IMG/VR virus record: IMGVR_UViG_3300002930_000508 | Location: 4,482 to 68,481 of that record | Length of the DNA stretch: 64,000 bases | Reading direction: 5' to 3' (one strand) | From: a virus | Lineage: Duplodnaviria; Caudoviricetes | In this document: positions 43,543-53,429 of the stretch, piece by piece | How the letters are laid out: every line of letters starts with the position of its first letter | Position numbering within the stretch: the stretch's first letter is position 1 | Notes under the pieces: generated by a model | What the model was told of the DNA's origin: nothing | The model's input: the letters and a program-made list of their open reading frames with translations, nothing else | Database searches by the model: none | Program-made: the position numbers and the translations under genes

Positions 43543-45071
43543 ATTTGGACTTTTTAACCCCAGAAGAAGCTTTTGCTGCTCAGCTAGCGCTTAAAGACAT
43601 GAGTATTGCGGAAAAGATGGCGTTTTTGGATGATTTAGAAAAGAAAGAATCAAGACAAACCCTATACAAAGCACAAACTGACCCTATTGAGTTTGCAAAA
43701 CGCGTATACCCCGGGTTTAAAGTAGGCCCACACCACAGAAAGCTAGCAAAAATTTTCCAAGATGTGGTTGAGGGAAAGAAAAAGCGCGTCATTATCAACA
43801 TAGCCCCGCGTATGGGTAAGTCGGAATTTTCATCCTACCTGTTTCCAGCTTATTTTTTAGGCAACTTCCCGGAAAAGAAGATCATCATGGGTACCCACAC
43901 CGCGTCGCTATCAGAAGACTTTGGTCGTAGGGTAAGGAACTTGATAGATGGTGAAGATTACAAAGAGATATTTGCAGGTACACAGGTGGCTGCCGATCAG
44001 AAAGCTGCGGGCAAGTGGTCGACTAGCTCTGGAGGTCAGTATTACGCTGCTGGTGTTGGAGGCGCTCTTGCAGGTCGTGGTGCTGACTTGTTTGTTATTG
44101 ACGATCCACACTCTGAACAAGATATGAAGGCGAACAGTCGCCTAGCGTTTGATAATGCGTGGTCTTGGTTTCAACAAGGTCCGTTACAACGTTTAATGCC
44201 GGGGGGTGCGATTATCATTATTATGACTAGGTGGAGTTTGCTAGACCTCACCGGGCGCCTCATTGACTACCAGATCAAGAACCCAGACACCATACCTTGG
44301 GAAATAGTAGAGTTACCCGCCATCCTTGATGAGGGCACAGAAAAAGAAAAATCACTGTGGCCCGCGCAGTGGAGCCTAGAAGCACTAAAGAATACGAAAG
44401 CGTCGATAGACCCACGGTTCTGGAACGCGCAGTATATGCAGAACCCGACAAGCGATATGTCGGCATTAGTAAGCCGGAAAGACTGGCAGATATGGGAAGG
44501 CGAAGACCCACCCCCGTGCGAGTACGTGATTCAGTCTTGGGATACGGCGTTTGAAACAAAGCAATCATCGGACTATTCCGCATGTACAACATGGGGCGTT
44601 TTTTATAGGGACGAGGATAAGCGCAACCCCAACATCATCCTGTTAGATGCGTTTAAAGACCGGATGACGTTTCCAGAACTCAAAACCATAGCCCTCAAAC
44701 ACTACAAAGAGTGGACTCCAGACGCATTCATCGTGGAGAAAAAAGCATCAGGTGGTCCGTTGATACAGGAACTAAGGCTAATTGGGATACCCGTACAAGA
44801 ATTTAGTCCAAGCCGAGGTAACGACAAGATGGTTCGCTTAAATGCGGTCGCTGACTTGTTTACAAGTGGTAAAGTATGGGCACCAGATACACGCTGGGCA
44901 AGAGAAGTAATTGAAGAGATTGCGTCGTTTCCAGTTGGCGAACACGACGACTTCGTGGATACTACTACTCAAGCATTACTGCGTTACAGGCAGGGGGGCT
45001 TTATTAGCCTTGAAACTGACGAACAAGAAGATTTAACTTACAAATACCGCAGACGTGCGGCATATTACTAG
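43539..45071 (+). CDS. terL: Terminase large subunit
   Basis: IAPRMGKS Walker A, FVIDDP Walker B, QSWDTA and HDDFVD nuclease motifs. Confidence 0.95.
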   Translation: MNLDFLTPEEAFAAQLALKDMSIAEKMAFLDDLEKKESRQTLYKAQTDPIEFAKRVYPGFKVGPHHRKLAKIFQDVVEGKKKRVIINIAPRMGKSEFSSYLFPAYFLGNFPEKKIIMGTHTASLSEDFGRRVRNLIDGEDYKEIFAGTQVAADQKAAGKWSTSSGGQYYAAGVGGALAGRGADLFVIDDPHSEQDMKANSRLAFDNAWSWFQQGPLQRLMPGGAIIIIMTRWSLLDLTGRLIDYQIKNPDTIPWEIVELPAILDEGTEKEKSLWPAQWSLEALKNTKASIDPRFWNAQYMQNPTSDMSALVSRKDWQIWEGEDPPPCEYVIQSWDTAFETKQSSDYSACTTWGVFYRDEDKRNPNIILLDAFKDRMTFPELKTIALKHYKEWTPDAFIVEKKASGGPLIQELRLIGIPVQEFSPSRGNDKMVRLNAVADLFTSGKVWAPDTRWAREVIEEIASFPVGEHDDFVDTTTQALLRYRQGGFISLETDEQEDLTYKYRRRAAYY

Positions 45072-45079
45072 GAAAAACC

Positions 45080-47533
45080 ATGAGCATTGAAAAATCACTA
45101 TACGCAGCCCCACAGGGTTTAGCAGGCTTGGAAAACCAAGAGCCCGATATTGAAATTGAGATCGAAGATCCAGAAGCACTAAAAGTTAGCGTGGATGGCG
45201 AAGAGATTCTTGATATAGAGAAAGATGGCGAAGAAGAAAACTTCGATGAGAACTTAGCCGACGTATTAGATGATGGCATTTTACAGTCGTTGGCGTCTGA
45301 CCTTTCAGAAGATATTGATAACGACATTGGCTCCCGCTCTGATTGGGAGAAGATGTACAAAGACGGCATTACGCTTTTAGGACTCAAGTTTGAAGAACGA
45401 ACAGAGCCTTGGGATGGCGCTTGCGGTGTGTTCCACCCAATGATTACAGAAGCAGTAGTACGTTTTCAGTCCGATACCATCATGGAGACTTTTCCAGCAA
45501 AAGGCCCAGTACGTACGCAAATTATTGGTAGAGATACGCCAGAGAAAAAAGATGCGGCAACTCGTGTTGAAGATGACATGAACTACCAGCTTACAGAGAA
45601 GATGCCTGAGTACAGACCTGAGCATGAGAAGATGCTGTGGAATTTGCCAAGTGCCGGTTCTGCCTTTAAAAAGGTTTACTACGACCCTAGCTTACAGCGC
45701 CCTGTATCTGTGTTTATTCCAGCTGAAGACATCATACTGCCGTACGGCATCTCCGAAATTAATACTTGCCACCGCATTACGCATCGTATGCGCAAGACTA
45801 AAAACGAGTTGTTAAAGTTAATGAACGCAGGGTTCTACCGTGACGTTGAGCTAGGTGAGCCAGATAAGTTTCTTAACGATATTCAGCAAAGCAAAGATAA
45901 AGAGACAGGTTTCTCCGCCACTAATGACGATCGCTTTGAGTTGTATGAGTCACACGTTGACTTAGATATTGAAGGTTTTGAAGACACAGACGAAGATGGC
46001 GAGCCTACAGGCATTGCGTTACCTTATGTAGTCACAATGCTACGCGGCACTAATGAGGTTTTAGCTATCCGTCGCAACTGGAAAGAAGATGATGAACTTA
46101 AACTTAAACGCCACCATTTCGTACATTACCAATACATTCCGGGCTATGGCTCGTATGGTTTTGGTTTGTTCCATCTTATTGGCGGTTACGCTAAGTCTGC
46201 TACTAGCATCATGCGTCAGCTCGTGGACGCCGGAACCCTCTCCAACTTGCCGGGTGGCCTTAAGGCCCGTGGCCTGCGAATAAAGGGCGATGACACTCCG
46301 ATCGCACCGGGTGAATTCCGTGACGTAGATGTAGGATCAGGTTCAATCAGAGACAATATCCTCCCACTTCCATACAAAGAGCCTTCAATGGTTCTGTCTG
46401 GGTTGATGGATAAGATTATTGATGAAGCGCGTCGTTTTGCCGCAACATCTGACATGAAGATTTCTGACATGTCCAACCAAGCACCAGTAGGTACAACACT
46501 GGCAATCTTGGAAAGAAGTCTTAAGGTAATGAGCGCAGTACAAGCCCGTGTTCACTATGCGTTAAAGCAAGAACTTCAACTTATCGCTGGTTTGATTCGT
46601 GACTACACTGATCCTGATTACACCTACGAGCCAGAAGAAGGCCGTTCAAGCGCTAAGCGTGAAGACTACAGCATTGTTGAAGTTATTCCTGTTTCAGACC
46701 CAAATGCAGCAACTCTTAGCCAGCGCGTTGTCCAATACCAAGCAGTTATTCAGTTGGCACAGATGGCTCCGCAGATTTACGACTTGCCGTTCTTACATCG
46801 CCAAATGCTAGATGTCTTAGGTATCAAGCACGCTAACAAAATCGTACCAATGGAAGATGATGAGAAACCAAAAGACCCTGTAACAGAAAACCAGAACGCA
46901 CTAAAAGGCAAACCGCTCAAAGCATTTTCGTTTCAAGATCACGAGGCGCACATCAAAGTGCACCAGATGGCTATGCAAGATCCGATCGTTCAACAGCTTA
47001 TTGGGCAAAATCCACAAGCTCAGGCAATTATGGGGTCTATGCAAGCGCATATCGCTGAACACGTTGGCTACGCATACAGAAGTAAGATTGAGCTGGCGTT
47101 AGGTGTTGCATTGCCAAATCCAGAAGATGAATTGCCACCAGAGTTGGAAAAAGAAATTAGCCGTCTCATGGCAGAAGCCGCACCGCAAGTGTTGGCAGAA
47201 TCCAAAGCTATGGCTGCGCAGCAACAAGCTCAACAAAATGCGCAAGACCCTGTATTGCAAATGCAGATGCAAGAACTCCAGATCAAACAACAGGAAGTAG
47301 AGCTTAAGAAACTTAAGATTCAAGTTGACGGCGCAGCTAAAGCCGATGAGCTAGGGCTTAAGAAACAAGAGCTTGAGTCCAAGATGGAAATGGATATGGT
47401 CAAGATGACTGAGCAAAACAAAGCAAAAATGCGCGAGATGCAGTCTAGAGAACAGCTTGAAGGCACCAGAATAGGTGTGGACATTGCTAAATCAAAACAC
47501 CAGTTCAACAGTAAAAAACAAAAAGGAGAGTAG
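45080..47533 (+). CDS. Portal protein (P22-like, long Gln-rich C-terminal barrel)
   Basis: 817 aa directly after TerL; HPMITEAVVRFQ and GSAFKKVYYD. Confidence 0.85.
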   Translation: MSIEKSLYAAPQGLAGLENQEPDIEIEIEDPEALKVSVDGEEILDIEKDGEEENFDENLADVLDDGILQSLASDLSEDIDNDIGSRSDWEKMYKDGITLLGLKFEERTEPWDGACGVFHPMITEAVVRFQSDTIMETFPAKGPVRTQIIGRDTPEKKDAATRVEDDMNYQLTEKMPEYRPEHEKMLWNLPSAGSAFKKVYYDPSLQRPVSVFIPAEDIILPYGISEINTCHRITHRMRKTKNELLKLMNAGFYRDVELGEPDKFLNDIQQSKDKETGFSATNDDRFELYESHVDLDIEGFEDTDEDGEPTGIALPYVVTMLRGTNEVLAIRRNWKEDDELKLKRHHFVHYQYIPGYGSYGFGLFHLIGGYAKSATSIMRQLVDAGTLSNLPGGLKARGLRIKGDDTPIAPGEFRDVDVGSGSIRDNILPLPYKEPSMVLSGLMDKIIDEARRFAATSDMKISDMSNQAPVGTTLAILERSLKVMSAVQARVHYALKQELQLIAGLIRDYTDPDYTYEPEEGRSSAKREDYSIVEVIPVSDPNAATLSQRVVQYQAVIQLAQMAPQIYDLPFLHRQMLDVLGIKHANKIVPMEDDEKPKDPVTENQNALKGKPLKAFSFQDHEAHIKVHQMAMQDPIVQQLIGQNPQAQAIMGSMQAHIAEHVGYAYRSKIELALGVALPNPEDELPPELEKEISRLMAEAAPQVLAESKAMAAQQQAQQNAQDPVLQMQMQELQIKQQEVELKKLKIQVDGAAKADELGLKKQELESKMEMDMVKMTEQNKAKMREMQSREQLEGTRIGVDIAKSKHQFNSKKQKGE

Positions 47534-47536
47534 TAA

Positions 47537-47743
47537 ATGGATTTAATGACGATGGATGTACTACAAGTACTACGCGACAAGTTTCGCGCAGATATGAACA
47601 ATTTCACTGACGACTTGGCAAATGGTCAGTGCGCTTCCTTTGAGCAGTACAAAGAGCTTTGCGGGGTGATTCGAGGTCTAGCCTATGCAGAGCGCCATTT
47701 AATTGACCTCGCTGAAAATATAGAGAAAGCTAACGATGAGTGA
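47537..47743 (+). CDS. Hypothetical head-module protein (68 aa)
   Basis: GGAG RBS. Confidence 0.7.
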   Translation: MDLMTMDVLQVLRDKFRADMNNFTDDLANGQCASFEQYKELCGVIRGLAYAERHLIDLAENIEKANDE

Positions 47744-48173
47744 AACCATCGCATTACCGGAGTCAGCATTAATCCTGCCGCCGGGCGTTAAAAGCCCACA
47801 AGTGGATCGAGAGTACGAAGAAGCAGCACCAGAGAACAAAGCAAAAGCACTACCCGACCCAAAAGGTTGGCGTTTGCTCTGCGCATTGATTGATCCGGAT
47901 GACGCGTACGAAGGAAGTGGTCTTCTTAAGGCAGATAAAACCAAAGAAATTGAGGAATTGACCTCGCCAGTGCTGTTCGTTATTAAGCTGGGGCCTAGTG
48001 CCTATGATGCGGAGAAATTTCCAGAAGGTCCGTGGTGTAAAGAAGGCGACTTCGTTATTACCCGTCCATATACTGGTACACGCCTCAAGATTCATGGAAA
48101 AGAGTTTCGCTTGATTAATGACGATCAGGTTGAAGCAACTGTTGAAGACCCACGCGGTATTACACGCGTATAA
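47736..48173 (+). CDS. groES: GroES-like co-chaperonin
   Basis: LPDPKGWRLL, VIKLGP, KEGDFVI..PYTGT and FRLINDDQVEATV. Confidence 0.8.
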   Translation: MSETIALPESALILPPGVKSPQVDREYEEAAPENKAKALPDPKGWRLLCALIDPDDAYEGSGLLKADKTKEIEELTSPVLFVIKLGPSAYDAEKFPEGPWCKEGDFVITRPYTGTRLKIHGKEFRLINDDQVEATVEDPRGITRV

Positions 48174-48184
48174 AGGAGAAATAC

Positions 48185-49147
48185 ATGGCAGATGATTACA
48201 AATTCCCGCATGAGATCGAAGAAGAACAGGATAAACCTGAAGCCGATTTTGATATAGATATTGACGCTGAAGGCGACGTAGATATTCAGATCGAAGATGA
48301 TACCCCTGAAAAAGATCGTTTTGCAAAACCGCTTGAACAAGATGTTGAAGATCCTTCTGACGAAGAAATCGAAAACTATTCCAAAGACGTTCAAAGTAGA
48401 ATTAAAAAACTTACACACGCAAGGCATGACGAGCGCCGTGCAAAAGAAGCAATTTCCCGTGAGAAAGACGAGCTGGAACGTATGGCTCGTTCTATTTTGG
48501 AAGAGAATCAACGTCTCAAAGAGTACGTAAAGAGTGGTGAAGCTACATATGCAGAAACCTTACAAGCTAAGGCTGAAGCGGATATGGAAATGGCGCGCCG
48601 CAAGTATAAAGAAGCACAAGAGTCTTATGACTCCGATGCAATGCTTGATGCGCAAGAAGCTTTGACAGACGCTAAGATGAAATTAGAGGCTGCAAAAAAT
48701 TTCCGTCCAACCCCTTTACAAACGCAAGAAACTGCTGTACAAATGCAATCATCGTCCCAAGAAGCACCAAGACTCGACGATAAAACCTTGCGCTGGCAAG
48801 CAAAAAACCAGTGGTTCGGGTCTCCGGGATATGAAGAAATGACGGCTTTTGCACTAGGGCTGCACCAAAAACTAGTTGCTACGGGAGTAGATCCCCGCTC
48901 TGAAGAATATTTCGCTCGTGTAGATGGGCGCTTAAAGCAGGTGTTCCCTGAGTTATTGGGCATTTCTGAGTCAGCTGACAGAAAGGCTGATCCAGTTAAG
49001 AAACCCGCAACTGTAGTGGCCTCTTCTTCCCGCTCCACTGGAGCAAAGAAAACAATCAAACTAACTACAACTCAACAAAAGTTGGCAGAAAAATTTGGTT
49101 TATCCCACAAACAATATGCACAAGAAGTTCTTAAACTGGAGATTTAA
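48185..49147 (+). CDS. Putative scaffolding protein
   Basis: Acidic N-terminus, coiled coil and basic C-terminal helix; upstream of the capsid gene. Confidence 0.65.
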   Translation: MADDYKFPHEIEEEQDKPEADFDIDIDAEGDVDIQIEDDTPEKDRFAKPLEQDVEDPSDEEIENYSKDVQSRIKKLTHARHDERRAKEAISREKDELERMARSILEENQRLKEYVKSGEATYAETLQAKAEADMEMARRKYKEAQESYDSDAMLDAQEALTDAKMKLEAAKNFRPTPLQTQETAVQMQSSSQEAPRLDDKTLRWQAKNQWFGSPGYEEMTAFALGLHQKLVATGVDPRSEEYFARVDGRLKQVFPELLGISESADRKADPVKKPATVVASSSRSTGAKKTIKLTTTQQKLAEKFGLSHKQYAQEVLKLEI

Positions 49148-49149
49148 AA

Positions 49150-49602
49150 ATGGCTACTAACCGTACACCTCGGGATTTAGAAACCCGCGAAAAAACCGAA
49201 ACTCGTTATGTTTACAAACCACCGAGCTCATTGCCTGATCCAACACCAGACCCGGATTATGTTTTTCACTGGGTAGCAACAGCGATCGCTGGACAATCGA
49301 ATGAAACTAACGTTTCTCAGAAATTCCGTGATCATTGGGTTCCTTGTAAGGCAGTGGATCATCCTGAATTGCAGGTTCAAGCAAATAAGGATGGAAATGT
49401 TGAAATTGGTGGCTTGCTTTTATGTAAGAAACCAAGAGAGATGGCTGACGCCCGCAATGATTACTATGACCAAAAAGCACGTAATCAAATGGAATCCGTG
49501 GACAACAGCTTTCTACGTAACAGTGATGCCCGCATGCCCCTGTTTAGTGATCGCAAGAGCACAACGACTAAAGGTGGTGGGTTTGGAAGTGGTAGTAAAT
49601 AA
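49150..49602 (+). CDS. Hypothetical head-module protein
   Basis: 150 aa; IGGLLLCK motif. Confidence 0.7.
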   Translation: MATNRTPRDLETREKTETRYVYKPPSSLPDPTPDPDYVFHWVATAIAGQSNETNVSQKFRDHWVPCKAVDHPELQVQANKDGNVEIGGLLLCKKPREMADARNDYYDQKARNQMESVDNSFLRNSDARMPLFSDRKSTTTKGGGFGSGSK

Positions 49603-49624
49603 CTTTAATTTTTAGGAGATTTAA

Positions 49625-50251
49625 ATGGCTTATCCAACCGTTTCAGCTCCCTATGGCTTAGTTGCAATTAACCGTGTAGACGGTATGCCTTATGCAGGTG
49701 CGATTCGTCAATTACCGATCGCGTCCACATTAGCTACTGCTATCTACGATGGTGACATTGTTAACATTGCTGCAGGTGGCACAATTCAAAAATCGACTGT
49801 AACTGTTGACTCTACTACAGCTGCTGCAAACTACACTTCTGGTGTGTTTGTTGGTTGTCAGTACGTTAATACACAAGGTCAAACTGTACAAGCTCAGTAC
49901 TACCCCGGTAATGCTGCTGCTACTTCAGCTGTTGCTTATGTAGTTGACGATCCTTTGGCATTGTTCAAAGTTGCTGTTACTTACTCTGGTAACGCTACTG
50001 TAACTACAGTTAACCAAAGCATCATTGGCACTAACATGTCAATTCGTCAAGGTACAGGCAGCACCACTACTGGTGACTCTGCTGTTTCTGTTTATGCAAC
50101 CAATGCACAAGGTAACGCCGCTGCTCTGCCAGTTCGTGTTATTGCTGTAGTCCCTGAGACTGCTGCTAGCGCTGGTAACTACACAGAAGTACTGGTTAAG
50201 ATTAACAACCATCAGTACAACGTAGCTTCTGCGTTGAACTACACAGCTTAA
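49625..50251 (+). CDS. Putative capsid decoration / cement protein
   Basis: 208 aa, small-residue-rich beta protein directly before the capsid gene. Confidence 0.55.
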   Translation: MAYPTVSAPYGLVAINRVDGMPYAGAIRQLPIASTLATAIYDGDIVNIAAGGTIQKSTVTVDSTTAAANYTSGVFVGCQYVNTQGQTVQAQYYPGNAAATSAVAYVVDDPLALFKVAVTYSGNATVTTVNQSIIGTNMSIRQGTGSTTTGDSAVSVYATNAQGNAAALPVRVIAVVPETAASAGNYTEVLVKINNHQYNVASALNYTA

Positions 50252-50263
50252 GGAGCTAATTAA

Positions 50264-51178
50264 ATGGCTATTTCACGCGCACAACTACTAAAAGAGTTGC
50301 TCCCGGGCTTAAACGCATTGTTCGGACTCGAATATAAGCGTTATGGCGAAGAGCACAAAGAGATCTACGAAACAGAGAAATCTGAGCGTAGCTTTGAAGA
50401 AGAGACAAAGTTGTCTGGTTTCTCTGCTGCACCTGTTAAGAACGAAGGCTCTGCCATCGCTTACGACAATGCACAAGAAGCATTTACAGCTCGCTACAAC
50501 CACGAAACAATCGCTTTGGGCTTCTCAGTAACTGAAGAAGCTATTGAAGATAACTTGTACGACTCATTGTCTGCTCGTTATACCAAAGCATTAGCTCGTG
50601 CAATGGCATATACCAAGCAGGTTAAAGCTGCTGCAGTATTGAACAACGGTTTCACCAACTCCAGCCAGTACTACGGCGGCGACGGCGTTCCACTCTTCTC
50701 TACAGCACACCCATTGGTATCTGGCGGTACTAACAGCAACACATTCGCAACTCAAGCTGACTTGAACGAAACTTCATTGGAAAATGCAGTTATTCAGATC
50801 GCTGCTTGGACTGACGAACGTGGTCTGTTGCTCGCTGCAATGCCACGTAAGTTGATCATCCCACCAGCATTGCAATTCGTTGCAACCCGCTTGTTGGAAA
50901 CTAACTTGCGCGTAGGTACAACTGACAACGACATCAACGCGTTGAAGAACAACGGTTCTATCCCAGAAGGTTACGCAATTAACCACTATCTGACAGATAC
51001 AAATGGTTGGTTCTTGACAACTGATGTACCTAACGGCATGAAGCATTTTGAGCGTATGCCTTTGGCTAACTCTATGGACGGCGACTTTGATACTGGTAAC
51101 GTACGTTACAAGTCTCGTGAGCGTTATTCATTCGGTTACTCAGATCCACTCGGAATGTTTGGTTCACAAGGCGCTTAA
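50264..51178 (+). CDS. Major capsid protein (Mu gpT-like)
   Basis: MAISRAQLLKELLPGLNALFGLEY...PRKLIIPPAL...RYKSRERYSFG. Confidence 0.88.
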   Translation: MAISRAQLLKELLPGLNALFGLEYKRYGEEHKEIYETEKSERSFEEETKLSGFSAAPVKNEGSAIAYDNAQEAFTARYNHETIALGFSVTEEAIEDNLYDSLSARYTKALARAMAYTKQVKAAAVLNNGFTNSSQYYGGDGVPLFSTAHPLVSGGTNSNTFATQADLNETSLENAVIQIAAWTDERGLLLAAMPRKLIIPPALQFVATRLLETNLRVGTTDNDINALKNNGSIPEGYAINHYLTDTNGWFLTTDVPNGMKHFERMPLANSMDGDFDTGNVRYKSRERYSFGYSDPLGMFGSQGA

Positions 51179-51193
51179 TAAGCCCTTGTTTGT

Positions 51194-51222
51194 AAAAACC
51201 CCGCTCACAAGGCGGGGTTTTT
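51194..51222. terminator. Bidirectional intrinsic terminator
   Basis: AAAAACCCCGC-TCACAAG-GCGGGGTTTTT between convergent genes. Confidence 0.85.
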
Positions 51223-51558
51223 CTTTTGATCGTGATGATGTATTCGATGGCAGTTAGCGCATAGAACTATGCACTTTTTTATTTCTTCGTAGGCTTTTTT
51301 AAATTGCCCGTTAGATATAAACTGATTGACGCTATCTAATTTTGTGGTCGGGTCTTCGTGGTGAAAATCTAATGCCGCTGGGTGGTTAAATCCACAAGCT
51401 GTGCAACTTAGTGTTTTTTTGTATTCGTCCCATTCTTTTTTTAATGTTTTTTTTCTATCATTTAGTTGCTTTCGCCTAACGGTATAATTAGTTTCATAGT
51501 GCTTGCGGCTATACTCCGCATGTTTTGCCTTTTTAACTTTTGGGTCTTTATACGGCAT
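51205..51558 (-). CDS. HNH endonuclease
   Basis: CTACG...LDFHH...CIVLCANCHRIHH; its stop codon sits in the terminator loop. Confidence 0.85.
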   Translation of the reverse strand: MPYKDPKVKKAKHAEYSRKHYETNYTVRRKQLNDRKKTLKKEWDEYKKTLSCTACGFNHPAALDFHHEDPTTKLDSVNQFISNGQFKKAYEEIKKCIVLCANCHRIHHHDQKKNPAL

Positions 51559-51979
51559 CGCTTAAGCGGTACATCTGAATTGGTTCGTGACTTTTTAAAT
51601 CTACATTACACGCCCATTTAACTGCTTCTTCCGGCGTTAACCCCATACGCATACACACCTCTGCTGCCATAGCCCCAGAACCAATAGCCATAAAAGTTTT
51701 GGCTTTTTCCCATTCAAGATCGTCGCCACAATAAAAAAGACCTTCTTTGGTAAGTTTAATAAAAGAACTATCGGCTTTTAACTTTGGTTTTGTTTTGCTT
51801 TTTTTGTTAATGTAATCAACAACTTTATCGCAGTCACACCAGTTTCCAGCAACACCTAGCCACCCTCCATCTATGGGGACAACCTTTTCATCAAAGTATT
51901 TAATACCAGTATCATCATCAGAAAACTGACTGTCTGAAACCAGTACTTTAGTAGCCCAATCACCGACTATTGTTGTCAT
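51548..51979 (-). CDS. HslV / proteasome-beta-like Ntn hydrolase
   Basis: N-terminal M-TTI, SDSQ, EKV, GVAG and AIGSG in HslV order. Confidence 0.7.
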   Translation of the reverse strand: MTTIVGDWATKVLVSDSQFSDDDTGIKYFDEKVVPIDGGWLGVAGNWCDCDKVVDYINKKSKTKPKLKADSSFIKLTKEGLFYCGDDLEWEKAKTFMAIGSGAMAAEVCMRMGLTPEEAVKWACNVDLKSHEPIQMYRLSDAV

Positions 51980-52091
51980 TTCTGTGGTACCTGTCTTTTG
52001 GGTTTTTTAACATAGAATCTAGCAGCGCGTCTATGTCTTTAAACCATTGAATAACTTTCATGCCATCATGCTGCATTATTGTAAAACTCAT
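51960..52091 (-). CDS. Hypothetical protein (43 aa), not in the ORF track
   Basis: Translated by hand as MSFTIMQHDGMKVIQWFK...; ATGA-coupled. Confidence 0.55.
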   Translation of the reverse strand: MSFTIMQHDGMKVIQWFKDIDALLDSMLKNPKDRYHRNDNNSR

Positions 52092-52234
52092 TTGGTAGCC
52101 ATTAAATAGAGACCCACATTAGCGCCAGCATAGCAAGCGTAACAAATACACATAGGCAAGTTACCCTTGACTCCTTGTTCAACGGCAATATACGCATAGA
52201 TTACTCCTGTAACAACAATAAGCCAAGAACTCAT
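52088..52234 (-). CDS. Two-TM membrane micro-protein (48 aa), not in the ORF track
   Basis: Translated by hand as MSSWLIVVTGVIYAYIAVEQGVKGNLPMCICYACYAGANVGLYLMATK; G-run RBS. Confidence 0.65.
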   Translation of the reverse strand: MSSWLIVVTGVIYAYIAVEQGVKGNLPMCICYACYAGANVGLYLMATK

Positions 52235-52269
52235 AGTCCCCCCTTTTATAGATATTTTAACTAAAAATA

Positions 52270-52297
52270 TTGCACATTACTAAAAATGTAGTAAACT
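52270..52297 (+). promoter_or_regulatory. Sigma70-like promoter restarting late transcription
   Basis: TTGCAC-16bp-TAAACT, 8 bp upstream of the structured RNA. Confidence 0.5.
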
Positions 52298-52305
52298 TGG
52301 TGAAA

Positions 52306-52373
52306 CTAGGTGAATGGCTTATCAAACTGCCCTAGCAGACGCATACACGATTGATAAGCTGAACTTTGTATGT
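52306..52373 (+). ncRNA. Double-pseudoknot RNA element, probably Mu-gpT-DE-like
   Basis: P1 CUAGG/CCUAG, P2 GCUUAUCAA/UUGAUAAGC and P3 GCAUACA/UGUAUGU interlace; P3 abuts the AAGGA RBS. Confidence 0.65.
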
Positions 52374-52387
52374 AAGGACAATTTATT

Positions 52388-52876
52388 ATGGCACTATCTA
52401 CTACCCAATCAATTTGGCGTTCCGGTGGCGGCGATCAAACTCGCGTCGCAAACTGTGGCTCTATGGACATGTATGTTCCGTTTTATATCGCTAACGCGGC
52501 AGCAACTGCAAACGTAGTAAACGTTTCTGGCGGTACACCTTTAGTTCTCCCAGCTAACGCTGTTGTTGTAGCTGTTAACGTTACTGCAACTGGTACTGGT
52601 GCTGTTGACTTAGGGTTTACCCCACTAATCGGTGTTGGCAATGGTCAAACTCCAACTTTAGGCACAAACGTACCACAGGCTTACTTAGCTAACGCTTCTG
52701 TAGCTACTCGTGTTTCTGTGACTATTGGTGCTACAGGTGGTGGCGCTTCTTTAGGTAACGTATCTAACGCAACTAACTTAGTTGTTGTTACATCTAAAGC
52801 AAACGGCGTATCTTCTGGTACTGTAACTGGTAGCATCAGATACTACATCTACGATACAGCCGTACAAAACGTCTAA
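52388..52876 (+). CDS. Virion structural protein
   Basis: 162 aa, Thr/Val/Gly-rich beta protein. Confidence 0.7.
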   Translation: MALSTTQSIWRSGGGDQTRVANCGSMDMYVPFYIANAAATANVVNVSGGTPLVLPANAVVVAVNVTATGTGAVDLGFTPLIGVGNGQTPTLGTNVPQAYLANASVATRVSVTIGATGGGASLGNVSNATNLVVVTSKANGVSSGTVTGSIRYYIYDTAVQNV

Positions 52877-52922
52877 TTAATCAGGGGGTTACGGCCCCCG
52901 TTCAATCTTTAGGAGATTAATT

Positions 52923-53429
52923 ATGACAATGCAATATGACGTAAAAGGCTCGCATTTTAGCGGCTCTGGTTTAGCAGTATCTGGTCGTGTTCGCCTTAAA
53001 AACTTAGTTTATTTAGGTACTGGTACTGCGGGTAGTATTGACCTTTTTGATACAACAACAGCTCCTGTAGCAGCAACTTATGCTCGTTCTGGATATACAG
53101 TAACTGTAACTAAAGTAGGTCATGGTTTAACTACTGGACAATCTGTAGGTATTACATATGCAGCGGCTTCTAGCGTTGCTGCTGTAGCCGGTAACTATGT
53201 TATTACTGTTTTAACCGCTGATACATTTACTGTTACAGATTTAAATACTGGAACTATTGCTGGTGGTACAGCGTGTGTCTACTCTACAGGCAGATATTTA
53301 ACTAGTTACAACACAGGAACAGCAGTGCAACCGTTCCAAGCTCTTTTTGCTGGTGAAGGTATCTTGGCACAAAACGGTATTTATATTGTTGTAACTAATA
53401 TTGCATTCCAAACTATTCAATATGGCTAA
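52923..53429 (+). CDS. Virion structural protein with an inserted beta domain
   Basis: 168 aa; TVTVTKVGHGLTTGQSV (FCCH-like insert). Confidence 0.7.
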   Translation: MTMQYDVKGSHFSGSGLAVSGRVRLKNLVYLGTGTAGSIDLFDTTTAPVAATYARSGYTVTVTKVGHGLTTGQSVGITYAAASSVAAVAGNYVITVLTADTFTVTDLNTGTIAGGTACVYSTGRYLTSYNTGTAVQPFQALFAGEGILAQNGIYIVVTNIAFQTIQYG

